Sequence record: ON287370.1
Length of the DNA: 64,000 bases
Strand: one strand, 5' to 3'
This document shows positions 20,715 through 30,492 of this stretch, piece by piece. The position numbers and the translations under genes are program-made. The notes under the pieces are model-generated. The model saw only the letters and a list, made by a program, of their open reading frames with translations. It searched no databases and was not told the origin of the DNA. Within the stretch, counting starts at the first letter, position 1; each line of letters opens with the position of its first letter.

Positions 20715-22919
20715 ATGAGCGTATCAGTTCCTTATAAGGATGCAAATATAGTCAGTCGTTCATTTAGAATTATGAGTGATGGACTTAAAGATCCCGAAAA
20801 GGTCTTAATCAGATCAGACTACGATCTTTACACGAGCTTCTTTTCCACCGCCACTGGTGATAACAAGTTCATTAACCCTTTACCTGGGTTTGGTTTAAAT
20901 ACCGATCCCCATCCTAAACCTTTAATGGAAAACCGTTTAGGTAACCAAGGACGTTATTACAAACGTATTCATAATGATAATGCCCTTTCAGTTACACTTA
21001 CTGCAGGTGTAGCTGAGTTCACAGGGATGATTACTTTCATTCTGAACATGTTTGATTATTCAGCAGCAATCATGGCTAACAAAGGTCGTGCTCCAACTTG
21101 GGCTTTCTATATCGGACAAGCTGCAGGCGCCATTGCTTTCTGGCCAGCACAGATCGTAGCGACATCATTTAACTTCTTTGAATATCTTTCCAATACCCCG
21201 AAGAACAAATGGTATTACTGTAAGCCTGCGATGGGGATGTACTTCACTGCAGCTCAGGGTATCTTTAATGACCTGATGATTGCAGCAGGTTATGCGCTCA
21301 CTGTTCTTCCTAATGACCGTCAAGATCAGGGTAACACTAAGAAAGGTGACCGTGACTTTAATGGTGGTGGTGAAAAAGGTTATATCAAAGATTCTCAAGC
21401 TGCTCGCAACAATGCCTCTTATTTGAACAGTCTGTTCCCAGACGCAATCAATAAAGATGGCACCATCGATATCATGAAAGTTTCTACTCGTGGGGTTCGT
21501 AAGTTCCGTTACTTCATGAAGAAAGTTAAAGATCTCGATAACAATATTAGTATCCGTAGTGTTGAACAAAAAGACACCGCAATTGAAAACATTCTTGATG
21601 ACCTGATCAGAGACTCGTCATTTGTTAATGCTAATGGTGGTTTCACTTCTGGAATGTCTACCAGTCAATATCTGATGGAAGAACTCAAGACTGTTGCCAA
21701 AGACCGTGGTACTGATGAGATCTCGTATCCTGAAGTAGCGTCTGCATACACCAGTGTACAAGCTGGCGTTAACATCAAACCTTCTGACTCACAAGCAACT
21801 GCAGCAGCAGGTGTTGGTACTGAAGGTTCTTATATCGATAAGTTAAGAGCACAAGTTCAAACTGAAGGTATGAGTTCATTTGGCGTGACTAATGGAGAGA
21901 GTGGAACCACTGGACCTGATATGCAAGGAACAGTCCCACGAGGCGCTACAGACGCTCCTGACTTGGATGAGTCTAGTTGGTTCGGTCAGATCGGTCAGTT
22001 GCTTATGGATGGGTTCTACGGTGGTATGGATGGTGTTACATTCCGTACTGAAGGAATCGGAACGGTTAGCGATACCTTTAGTAACCAAACCACTCAATCT
22101 GCAATTGCCTCTACCTTTAATAACACAGTACAGGCTGTTCAAGATTTTAAATTCAATATCGCAGGCGGTAATACCGGTATCGATATTATTGATAGCTTTG
22201 TTGGTGGGATCAAAGATGCGGCAGCAGGTTTAGCAGCGGGTTCTGTTATCGGTAACGTTCCATTGGCTTTACTGGGTAACGCTAAAGTAGATATTCCTGA
22301 ACACTGGTCGGACTCAGATACGAGTTTACATAGTGAACAATTCAGTTTCTACTTTGAAGCCCCATATGCACACCCATACTCCATTGCCACTAACGTGTTC
22401 TTACCATTATCATTGATCATGCCATTCGTAGTACCATTCTCCACAGGTGGGTCTACTTACACTTCCCCATTCTTGGTTAAGTGTTTTAGTCGCGGTAGAT
22501 CGATAATCCGTACAGGTATTGTGCAGAATGCATCATTCACATTTGGTAATGGTCCATTAGGTTGGACTACCGACATGAAACCTCGAAATGTTCGTGTAGA
22601 TTTAACAGTAGCTGACTTGGATAAAGTTATGAGCGTTCCAATTGCTCGTGTAACTAACCCTCTGGCTCTGTTGAACGTTGCTGGTGTATCTGCTCGCTAC
22701 TTGGGAGATATTGGTAAATACAATGACTGGGTGAACCGTGTGGCAGGTGTTGATTACCTGGATACAGTTCTGCGTTATAACGATTTGAACCGTCGCATGA
22801 CTCGTCTAACTACAGACGTCCAGAACATGTTTAAACCGGCTACTATTGCAGGTGTCGTTAACGATAGCATCGTTGGTGATATCGCACGTATCTTTACTGG
22901 TCGGCCATTGAACAGATAA
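20715..22919 (+). CDS. virion (tail/baseplate) protein, phiKZ gp182-like
   Basis: 734-aa ORF directly after the gp181-like gene, with a GAGG RBS. Confidence 0.65.
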   Translation: MSVSVPYKDANIVSRSFRIMSDGLKDPEKVLIRSDYDLYTSFFSTATGDNKFINPLPGFGLNTDPHPKPLMENRLGNQGRYYKRIHNDNALSVTLTAGVAEFTGMITFILNMFDYSAAIMANKGRAPTWAFYIGQAAGAIAFWPAQIVATSFNFFEYLSNTPKNKWYYCKPAMGMYFTAAQGIFNDLMIAAGYALTVLPNDRQDQGNTKKGDRDFNGGGEKGYIKDSQAARNNASYLNSLFPDAINKDGTIDIMKVSTRGVRKFRYFMKKVKDLDNNISIRSVEQKDTAIENILDDLIRDSSFVNANGGFTSGMSTSQYLMEELKTVAKDRGTDEISYPEVASAYTSVQAGVNIKPSDSQATAAAGVGTEGSYIDKLRAQVQTEGMSSFGVTNGESGTTGPDMQGTVPRGATDAPDLDESSWFGQIGQLLMDGFYGGMDGVTFRTEGIGTVSDTFSNQTTQSAIASTFNNTVQAVQDFKFNIAGGNTGIDIIDSFVGGIKDAAAGLAAGSVIGNVPLALLGNAKVDIPEHWSDSDTSLHSEQFSFYFEAPYAHPYSIATNVFLPLSLIMPFVVPFSTGGSTYTSPFLVKCFSRGRSIIRTGIVQNASFTFGNGPLGWTTDMKPRNVRVDLTVADLDKVMSVPIARVTNPLALLNVAGVSARYLGDIGKYNDWVNRVAGVDYLDTVLRYNDLNRRMTRLTTDVQNMFKPATIAGVVNDSIVGDIARIFTGRPLNR

Positions 22920-22930
22920 AAAAAATAAGA

Positions 22931-22972
22931 CATATTCCCTTACCCACTCCGTGAGGAGGGGTAAGGGTTATG
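22931..22972. terminator. bidirectional terminator, CCCTTACCC hairpin family
   Basis: catattcccttaccc-actcc-gtga-ggag-gggtaagggttatg at a convergent gene junction. Confidence 0.7.
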
Positions 22973-22977
22973 CTTGT

Positions 22978-24093
22978 TTAGAACTCTACAGCTTTAGGGA
23001 AATCTTGCATGAATACATCTGGAGCAGCTTGATCGATAAAGATCCCGGAACTACAAAGTAAGGGGATTAGGTTATTTTCTTCTGATAGTAATAGCTTAGC
23101 ATCATCAGAAATAAAGTTAACCATTCCTAAGTTAGTAGCTGGTCCAAATGAAGTAGGATACTGATACCAGTTTTTACCACCTACTGTTTCAATAACTTCC
23201 AGTAGAAGTTTCTTGATTGGTTCATAATCGGCAGCATCTTCATCAGAACTAAAAGTAAAGTTAGAAAGCATCTGCTCGATAAGGTCAGGATATTTCGCCT
23301 TAACTTTATTAATCCCTTCTTGCTTGATGATATCAAAGATAGCTTGAATAGATTTACAATCACCACGACCTATAGCTAAGCCAAGAGAATCGATTAGCTG
23401 ATCATGGTAATCCGATTGGAACAAATACATGTTACCATAATTGCCATAACCTTGCCACATACCGTAACCAACAGTTTGGTCGAGCATGGTGTTAAGGATA
23501 GAGTTCATCGCAGCAACGTTGACAATTGTGCCAAAGCCATCTGGATCATCTTTACCGAGGAAGTCAATGAGTGACATCCCCATATTCATTTTCCAACCAT
23601 CAGCTATATGAAGTTTGGTTCCATCAGCAAAAAACAAACCAGAGGCTAAACCACCTGTCATCTTATCGAGTTCATTAATGAACCCATCGCCGATTTGTTG
23701 TTTTAGGTCACGCATTGAGTTAACGTTGAAACCTAACCCTTTACTACCCAACCGTAATAGCTCATCAGTGTTTACTTTGAAACCATCTTGATAGGTTACG
23801 ATACTACCAATATCACCGATATTTAACAGACCACCGGTTAAACCTTTTATCGCATTATTGATACCGGTCAATGCTTGAGATTTATACGCACTGATATTAG
23901 AAGCAATCTGTGATTGTTTTTCACTAATTAATGCAACGCCAGACTCTGTAGCTTCTGTTACTGATTTAAATGGATTGATTAACTGTGTGGTTAAACCTGA
24001 TACCGTTTCAGACATTGAACGGCTAGCTTCTTGTAGTTTGTTTCCTAAATCAACACCTTCAAACAAACTTGCTTTCTGGACTAAAGTTGCCAT
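22978..24093 (-). CDS. hypothetical, probably virion-associated protein
   Basis: 371-aa ORF with an AGGA RBS. Confidence 0.75.
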   Translation of the reverse strand: MATLVQKASLFEGVDLGNKLQEASRSMSETVSGLTTQLINPFKSVTEATESGVALISEKQSQIASNISAYKSQALTGINNAIKGLTGGLLNIGDIGSIVTYQDGFKVNTDELLRLGSKGLGFNVNSMRDLKQQIGDGFINELDKMTGGLASGLFFADGTKLHIADGWKMNMGMSLIDFLGKDDPDGFGTIVNVAAMNSILNTMLDQTVGYGMWQGYGNYGNMYLFQSDYHDQLIDSLGLAIGRGDCKSIQAIFDIIKQEGINKVKAKYPDLIEQMLSNFTFSSDEDAADYEPIKKLLLEVIETVGGKNWYQYPTSFGPATNLGMVNFISDDAKLLLSEENNLIPLLCSSGIFIDQAAPDVFMQDFPKAVEF

Positions 24094-24128
24094 AAATAAA
24101 TCCTAAAAAAAATAAGTTATATAAAGAG

Positions 24129-24154
24129 GTTACCTTACCCGAAGGTAAGGTAAC
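24129..24154 (-). terminator. intrinsic terminator, CCTTACC hairpin family
   Basis: gttaccttacc-cgaa-ggtaaggtaac, with a UUCG loop and T tract on the minus strand. Confidence 0.7.
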
Positions 24155-24162
24155 ACATCCAG

Positions 24163-24573
24163 TTATTCGTCTACAGTGCCCTTTGGTGATTTGCGTAGAA
24201 CTGTAGTTTCGGTAATGGTGTGTTGCTCACCAGATTCTGTCTCTATTTCAAAGATCACACGTATCTTTGTTACACGACAGATCTTTAAAGCCACCAACAG
24301 TTTGTTCCAAGTCAAGTTCTTGGAGTAAAACAAGGTGCTCTGCAAATTTCCTAATGCAGTCGAACGCTGACGTTTAACCTCAGCTGCTGGACCAGAATCA
24401 TCAGGATGCTGCCAACGTAGATAGTCATCTAAATACGTCTTCCACTTTGCATTGTTAATCTTCAGTACGTCAATGATCTTTCTGAAAAGACGGCTTGGTA
24501 CGTCAGTTAACTGTTCAGCAGGAACAAAGTTCTTATTCTTGCTAAACGACAGGCCCTTATTCTTCTCAATCAT
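24163..24573 (-). CDS. hypothetical protein
   Basis: 136-aa ORF coupled to 24566..25117. Confidence 0.75.
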   Translation of the reverse strand: MIEKNKGLSFSKNKNFVPAEQLTDVPSRLFRKIIDVLKINNAKWKTYLDDYLRWQHPDDSGPAAEVKRQRSTALGNLQSTLFYSKNLTWNKLLVALKICRVTKIRVIFEIETESGEQHTITETTVLRKSPKGTVDE

Positions 24574-25117
24574 ATTTGCTCTCTACGTAGAATGTTATTA
24601 TACTGACCAGATCTTCTAATAATAGTCTATATAATAGTGAGTCCAAAAACTCAGGATTCATGCTATTAATGAGTTCAGAAACCTTCTCCTGATTCTGGTA
24701 ATCAGGGCTTGCTATCTGCCAGGCATGGGCTTGCAAGTACAGTTTCATCACGTTTATAAATTCTAATAAGGAGTCCTCATTAGAATACCATTCTGAGAAA
24801 TACCCAGTTGATCTGTTAAGAGATAACAGCGGGGAAAGACCCAGAGTTGCTTTCGAAATAATCGGCTTTTCTGCGAGCTTGGAAGCTCCCATAGAGGACT
24901 TTGTATACGTCGTAATGTCATTGAGTGACGACGATACTAAATCGTCTGAGAAGTCGATTAGCGGACTATTTAGGATATTGTGAAGACCACTGATGTATTG
25001 CTCATTAAAGTGACCCTCAGTGAAGTCATGTTTAATCTCAACGAGATCCTCCTTAATCTTCTTAATACGACGATTACGGAAGAAAGGAATCTTGTTTAAT
25101 AGCTTATCAAAGAACAT
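24566..25117 (-). CDS. hypothetical protein
   Basis: 183-aa ORF with a GAGG RBS and promoter motif upstream. Confidence 0.75.
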   Translation of the reverse strand: MFFDKLLNKIPFFRNRRIKKIKEDLVEIKHDFTEGHFNEQYISGLHNILNSPLIDFSDDLVSSSLNDITTYTKSSMGASKLAEKPIISKATLGLSPLLSLNRSTGYFSEWYSNEDSLLEFINVMKLYLQAHAWQIASPDYQNQEKVSELINSMNPEFLDSLLYRLLLEDLVSIITFYVESKYD

Positions 25118-25177
25118 CTTATTTACCTCAAGACTATAACGTATATTATTAAATTAGATTTCCACCGTATCTACTTT

Positions 25178-25195
25178 GATAATATTTGTTTGAAA
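25178..25195 (-). promoter_or_regulatory. putative phage early promoter, copy C (TTTCAAAC-AAATATTATC)
   Basis: Consensus match in a divergent intergenic region. Confidence 0.55.
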
Positions 25196-25226
25196 TATAA
25201 TAGTCGCTAAAGAATATGGAGTAGTT

Positions 25227-25829
25227 ATGTTTGACCATGATGATGAAATTCATCCGGCCCCGCCGTCTGATGACAAATTAAAAACTGTAACCGATAAGGA
25301 CGCTCTGATTGCAGAGATCAATAAAGTTCTTAAAGGTCCACAAAGTAAAGAAGCTGAGAATGAATTAGTCGGCATCATCCAGAAACAACGTACGCTGTTG
25401 TTGGACATCGCTACTCAGACTTTTATTAATAAACCTAATAACCCTAAACTATTAGATTCTATTAATACCATTCTTGCTCAACTTGAAAAGACTGTTCGTG
25501 ACGATCGTAAAGAGAGACTTAAGGACAGAGAATTGGAAGACAACCGAGCTAACTTTGCAACCTTCGTAAATGCTCTTAATGAAGTAGCTGCAGGTAAACT
25601 GGTTATTCCTACCTATGGTAATCAAGCCTTTGTACTTGATCCACTGGCACCGATCATTCGTATCGAAGATCCAGATGATGAGATCAAAGATGACGAATTG
25701 TATCAAGGTCGTCAGATCGTCGATTCTAAAGAAATTGAGAAAACTTTCGATGAAGATGATTTAGAAGTAGAGGTGAATACCACCGATGCTCCTGAAGATG
25801 ACGATGAAGAATTTGATCCAGAATCCTAA
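25227..25829 (+). CDS. hypothetical protein with an acidic C-terminus
   Basis: 200-aa ORF with a GGAG RBS; helical N-half and D/E-rich tail. Confidence 0.8.
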   Translation: MFDHDDEIHPAPPSDDKLKTVTDKDALIAEINKVLKGPQSKEAENELVGIIQKQRTLLLDIATQTFINKPNNPKLLDSINTILAQLEKTVRDDRKERLKDRELEDNRANFATFVNALNEVAAGKLVIPTYGNQAFVLDPLAPIIRIEDPDDEIKDDELYQGRQIVDSKEIEKTFDEDDLEVEVNTTDAPEDDDEEFDPES

Positions 25830-25844
25830 TAGACAACAAACACT

Positions 25845-25871
25845 CCTAGGAGCCCTTGCGGGGCTCCTAGG
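25845..25871. terminator. bidirectional terminator
   Basis: cctaggagccc-ttgc-g-gggctcctagg between convergent genes. Confidence 0.65.
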
Positions 25872-25877
25872 GTGACC

Positions 25878-26606
25878 TTATTCTTTATAATCGAATATGG
25901 TTTTTGAGTATGGGACCCAGGTTATTTTACCACCTTGAGTAGCATTCATCTTTCCAATTAAATTGATCGGCTTTTCGCTTCTCATTTCTTCTGGAAGTTC
26001 CTTATTCAGCAGAACATCTGGAACTATGAACTTGGTGTTCGTATTACTCGCCGGAATATAATTTTCCCAGTAAGCTTTACGATGTTCACCAGTCAGGAAG
26101 TCATAGATGAAACAATACTGATAAGAATGTAAAACCGCAGGAGTTAAATTTTCATACGGTATATTTACAAAGGATAGTCCGATGTTAAATGGAACCGCTC
26201 CACGGATTACAGAAGCAAGTTCATCGGCTAGGTTTTGATCCAAAACATAAGGGTACAAGTTAACAGTTAAATTGAACTTGGACACCGAGATGATCTGACC
26301 TACCCCGAACTCAATCTCACGTACTATCTTGAAGATATTGTAAATGAGATTACTTGGAATAATGTATGCTTGCGTTTCATCAGCAAAATCGGCCATAGAC
26401 CGCTGAGCATACCGAGCTTTGAAACCTTCATCAGTAATACCTAGCTCAGGTTGATGAAAGTAATCGAAACGACGACGGGCATAGATCTCTTTAAAGTTCC
26501 TGTCCCAATCAAAACGTTTGTTGCCCGATTCCAAAGCGCACTTAATAATGATGCCACGCCGAGCGTCAAACAACGAGTCCATTTCAGTATAGACTTCAAT
26601 GTTCAT
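25878..26606 (-). CDS. conserved phiKZ-like hypothetical protein
   Basis: 242-aa ORF overlapping its upstream neighbour by 4 nt. Confidence 0.75.
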   Translation of the reverse strand: MNIEVYTEMDSLFDARRGIIIKCALESGNKRFDWDRNFKEIYARRRFDYFHQPELGITDEGFKARYAQRSMADFADETQAYIIPSNLIYNIFKIVREIEFGVGQIISVSKFNLTVNLYPYVLDQNLADELASVIRGAVPFNIGLSFVNIPYENLTPAVLHSYQYCFIYDFLTGEHRKAYWENYIPASNTNTKFIVPDVLLNKELPEEMRSEKPINLIGKMNATQGGKITWVPYSKTIFDYKE

Positions 26607-27088
26607 TGTTGATTACGACCTCTTCTTAAACGAGCTGCTGCTTCCTGCCTTTCCCTTTCAGCCGCTTCTTCTGCTTGAAGGAAAGCAATCTGGATTTGAT
26701 TGCGATGGACAGTGATGAACAAAAGTAGTTGTTGTACTTTAGTCATCTCACCCGCTTTAAAGTTAAACCCGTCACGGAAGAATACATCGCCCGCTACCAT
26801 ATCAAAACCTTTAGAGAAATTATCCAAAGCAGAGATGGTGTATGGTTGAGAGAAGACCCTGAATACAAAGACGCTTAGGTAGTTATACAAATCAGGAGAT
26901 TCCCCGATCCCTTCCGATAAGGTATCAATCCCTTCACGAACAGAAGCGACGCTGTTATCGAAAATATAATCCTGAGCCTTTTTCCAGAATCCAGTACTAT
27001 CTTCATTAAGAAGGATTTCCTGTTGTAACTCTTCAGCAACATAATTGATCAACTGGAGAATAGGATCGTTACTAATCTGCTGTTCCAT
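26603..27088 (-). CDS. hypothetical protein
   Basis: 161-aa coupled ORF. Confidence 0.75.
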   Translation of the reverse strand: MEQQISNDPILQLINYVAEELQQEILLNEDSTGFWKKAQDYIFDNSVASVREGIDTLSEGIGESPDLYNYLSVFVFRVFSQPYTISALDNFSKGFDMVAGDVFFRDGFNFKAGEMTKVQQLLLFITVHRNQIQIAFLQAEEAAERERQEAAARLRRGRNQQ

Positions 27089-27765
27089 TAGTCTCTCGAA
27101 TTCAGGTTGTTATCGATATGCTGACCCAACAGTAAGTAGTGTGCCGTTTGAAGTGACTTAACCCCAGTACCGCGAGTTAACGCAGATTCGGTTGTAGCTT
27201 GACCAGAAGTCAAGATGTCATTCTTATAAGCACGATATGCTCCAGCATCGCCACCACGAACGTCGGCCAACTCTTTTGCCAGAGTAGGAAGACCAAGCGA
27301 CAGGAGAACCTGAATCTCTGGGTTAGAGATACCACCGGCTTTGGAATCACCAGTAGGCTGACCAGTTAAGTCTTCAGTCTCATAGTCATGTTTGGATGCA
27401 CCAAACTTCTTGGCTTGAAGCTGACGTTGTTTACGAGCTTCTGCATAACCAACTAACGCAGTTTCTGGTGTTGTGAATTTCAGACCAGTATCTGGGTCAG
27501 TTAAAACGAGCTGTTGTTCCAGCGGGATGTCATACTCAGCTGCGACTTTAACCATGTGATCATAGTTGATCCCTTCTTTGATATTGAAGTTATCAACAAA
27601 CATAGGAATAAACTTGTTGTCGCAAATACTATTCCAGAACTTAGCAAACTGGGCGTCATCAAGACGCCCGAACAGTTCGGAATAGAGTTTGTGGTTTCCA
27701 CCACCGAGAGTAAACTTCTTAGCTAATGCAAGAATATCACTCTCTATCTCTTTCCGGTTTTTCAT
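27088..27765 (-). CDS. virion RNA polymerase beta subunit, C-terminal part (phiKZ gp149-like)
   Basis: RKQRQL...DLTGQPTGDSKAGGISNPE...LAKELADVRGGD aligns by eye with the RpoB C-terminus ([20 protein letters not shown]...LQEMLTVKSDD). Confidence 0.8.
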   Translation of the reverse strand: MKNRKEIESDILALAKKFTLGGGNHKLYSELFGRLDDAQFAKFWNSICDNKFIPMFVDNFNIKEGINYDHMVKVAAEYDIPLEQQLVLTDPDTGLKFTTPETALVGYAEARKQRQLQAKKFGASKHDYETEDLTGQPTGDSKAGGISNPEIQVLLSLGLPTLAKELADVRGGDAGAYRAYKNDILTSGQATTESALTRGTGVKSLQTAHYLLLGQHIDNNLNSRD

Positions 27766-28127
27766 CAGTTAGTCTCGTAACCATAAATCGTTAAGGTTTT
27801 TGAGAGTTCAGCTGCACGAATACTCAATGCATCAATGAAGCTATCATTCTCAAAGTTCGTGATTATCACGATCTCATTAAATTGAAGCAGTTGATCATCA
27901 AGTGATTTAACAAAGGAAGTCTTATTGCGATCATCAACCGCAATCTGAGTTTCCATAGGGAGACCGTAGCTACCAGTGATACTGATTGCACGCAGCGTAC
28001 TCTCCCCAGCACGTTTCTCCAAGAAGTTCATCAACTTCTCCCTGTACGCTTCGCAATCCTTGCCTTTGTTGAGGAAGTCGGGTTCTGCGATAACGAGTAC
28101 CGAATAATCGTAGCTAAAGTCTGTCAT
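27765..28127 (-). CDS. hypothetical protein
   Basis: Start moved to the ATG at 28127, immediately after the UvsX-like stop. Confidence 0.7.
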   Translation of the reverse strand: MTDFSYDYSVLVIAEPDFLNKGKDCEAYREKLMNFLEKRAGESTLRAISITGSYGLPMETQIAVDDRNKTSFVKSLDDQLLQFNEIVIITNFENDSFIDALSIRAAELSKTLTIYGYETN

Positions 28128-28128
28128 T

Positions 28129-29598
28129 TTATTTCTTATCCTTCCAATATGGTTTCTTACCATTTACGATGATTTCCATCAATTCGTAAACAGTCAATGT
28201 ATGTTTCTTGATCTCTGGGTTGTCATGCCAGTAGTAGATGGTGTTTTCGAGAATGTCATCCCAATCCAAACCTTGCTCTTTACCTTTAGCATAGATCTCA
28301 GATGGAGTCAGACGCCATTCTTCAGGGAAGTTATCCCAGAATGTTTGCATGTGCCAAATGTGATAACACAGTTCAATTGCACGTTGCAGCTTATGATTAG
28401 CTTCAGGACCTTCAAGCAGTTCACGAACGGTAGTACGCATGATACTAACATCTGGCATCAGAGCGCAGCTATGACGAATAGCTGAACCTTCCAAACCAAA
28501 GTATTTGTTATCTTTCAATGCGTCATACATGGACAGGTATTCAAGGATACCTTCTGCCTGACCCGCTACGAAACTAATGTCACCACCGGAGCTACCAGAT
28601 TTGTTACGGAAGACCGTGGTGTAATACTGAACCAGTTCTGGGTTAGACTTAGCGTTAGAAGAGATCGTTGAGTCTTTACCACGAGGATAGGTAACAGAGT
28701 GGTCTGGTTGTTTCAACACCTGACCTTTGATGATCTCAATACCGATGTGCGGTAACTTAAGCATTGCTTTAGGAGCAGCCAGCTTTTTGTTATGACGCAG
28801 GAAGGTAGAGTCTTTCTCTTTTGGTTTACCATCCATGTTGATAACATCAGCAGATTGAGCAATCCAATAAGAACGCAGACCAACACGTGGACCGAGGATA
28901 CAGGTATCAGTCATCAAAATACGACGAAGGTTACCGATCTCCATATCACGAGTACGTTTCTTACCGCCTTCATCCATTTCACCTTCATCGAACTGTTTGA
29001 ACATCAAGTTATCAAACAGAACTTCAGAGATCGAGTCACAGATGAACAGGATGGGTTGCATAACCTGAACATACTTGTTAGCTTTCTGAGACCAGAATGG
29101 AGTATCGAGGAACAGAGACTTATAGGCAGCTTGTTCTTCTTTGTCTTTTGATTCAGACAGTGCGGTAATCGTTTTGTAAATCTCGATTACTTTATTGTGG
29201 AGTTCAGTACCGTCGATGCCAGCAGAGTTAGGCATATAGTGGAACCGCACATCCTGAATATGTTCTTCGAAGTAACCGTCGATACCGAACAGACGATCCA
29301 CTTCTTCTGCCAGACGAGATACGTCCAGAGTTGATTCAGTATCACCATACAGAATGATAGAGTGCTGGAAACGGTGCAGAAGCTTAGCAACATCTTTTAC
29401 GGTCTTACCAGTCTTCTGGGTGTTGTTACCACCTGCAAGACCATTAATAGGCATCAGCCCACCATTCATATACCAAACACCGTCTTTACCTTTGATCATG
29501 GTCGTTGTTAACAGGTCAAAGATAGGAGATACGTTTAAGCCGATCTGGAGGTTAGATTCAGCGCCGTAGTCCTTCAGAAAGTTTAATGCTGTCAGCAT
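28129..29598 (-). CDS. uvsX: UvsX/RecA-like recombinase (phiKZ gp152-like)
   Basis: Variant Walker A (GLAGGNNTQKT), DTESTL and ICDSISE motifs. Syntenic with the gp149/gp153-like genes. Confidence 0.7.
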   Translation of the reverse strand: MLTALNFLKDYGAESNLQIGLNVSPIFDLLTTTMIKGKDGVWYMNGGLMPINGLAGGNNTQKTGKTVKDVAKLLHRFQHSIILYGDTESTLDVSRLAEEVDRLFGIDGYFEEHIQDVRFHYMPNSAGIDGTELHNKVIEIYKTITALSESKDKEEQAAYKSLFLDTPFWSQKANKYVQVMQPILFICDSISEVLFDNLMFKQFDEGEMDEGGKKRTRDMEIGNLRRILMTDTCILGPRVGLRSYWIAQSADVINMDGKPKEKDSTFLRHNKKLAAPKAMLKLPHIGIEIIKGQVLKQPDHSVTYPRGKDSTISSNAKSNPELVQYYTTVFRNKSGSSGGDISFVAGQAEGILEYLSMYDALKDNKYFGLEGSAIRHSCALMPDVSIMRTTVRELLEGPEANHKLQRAIELCYHIWHMQTFWDNFPEEWRLTPSEIYAKGKEQGLDWDDILENTIYYWHDNPEIKKHTLTVYELMEIIVNGKKPYWKDKK

Positions 29599-29663
29599 TG
29601 TAATACCTTTTATTTAAATGTTATGAAACGTTTCAATAACACACTAGTGGAGTTTGCCATAGC

Positions 29664-30443
29664 ATGTCTACCGAATTATTAAATACCGAAGTAAGTGGCA
29701 ACGAAGCCCTCTCTGTCGGTGAACGCTTTACTTCTTTCTTTAAAGAGCTAAGTGTTAACTTTGATGCTTTTAATGCTAAGAATTTTAACAAGTCAATTCA
29801 TACTGTTAAAGGTGGTGAAGTGTGGAAAGATTTAGCGAGTCAGAATGTGTACTTTTCTGCTGCTATCAAACATATCCCATCTCCAGTATTCTTTAACCCA
29901 ACAGTTTGGTCTTTCAAAGACTTCGTTGACTTTGTTCTTCAAGCGGTTCCTATTATCAAGATGGTCGATTCCCAAGCTGATAATGTTTATCGCGGTATTA
30001 AAAAAGCGGCAGCTACTGGACAAGTTCCTTTCAGCATCCGCAATGTAAATGATCTGGTACTGATCTCTAAAGCTCGCGAGACTTTCCAGAACTCAATGAA
30101 AGATACTGGTGCATACACTCGTGGTCTAAATGAACTGTATCCTAACTTTAATGCTGCTTCAGAAGTAGTGAATGATTTTAACCGTATCGTACAGACTCTA
30201 AGCTCACGCGATGTTGAAGTGGTCTCTAAGCGTATGGATAATGTTGTTTATGTAACTAACCTGTTGAAAGCTAAAGTTGCTGAATCAGAAGTTATCCTGA
30301 ATGCCAAAGAAGCTGAATCCCTTAATATGGCGATTGGTGAACTGGTAGACAATGCTAACTTTGCAGGTCTGATGTTGGCTCAATTGAGTGAACTGACTCG
30401 TGTACTGCAATTGCAGATTGATGAAGCTAAAAAATTAGCATAA
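29664..30443 (+). CDS. head-associated protein (phiKZ gp153-like) with a putative N-terminal propeptide
   Basis: 259 aa. The N-terminus contains SGNE/ALS, resembling the S/A/G-X-E cleavage sites of phiKZ-like head proteins. Confidence 0.55.
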   Translation: MSTELLNTEVSGNEALSVGERFTSFFKELSVNFDAFNAKNFNKSIHTVKGGEVWKDLASQNVYFSAAIKHIPSPVFFNPTVWSFKDFVDFVLQAVPIIKMVDSQADNVYRGIKKAAATGQVPFSIRNVNDLVLISKARETFQNSMKDTGAYTRGLNELYPNFNAASEVVNDFNRIVQTLSSRDVEVVSKRMDNVVYVTNLLKAKVAESEVILNAKEAESLNMAIGELVDNANFAGLMLAQLSELTRVLQLQIDEAKKLA

Positions 30444-30445
30444 AT

Positions 30446-30488
30446 CATATAACCCTTACCCTTCCTTGCGGAGGGGTAAGGGAGTATG
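30446..30488. terminator. bidirectional terminator, CCCTTACCC hairpin family
   Basis: catataacccttacccttcc-ttgc-ggaggggtaagggagtatg; near-identical to 34810-34852. Confidence 0.7.
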
Positions 30489-30492
30489 TTTG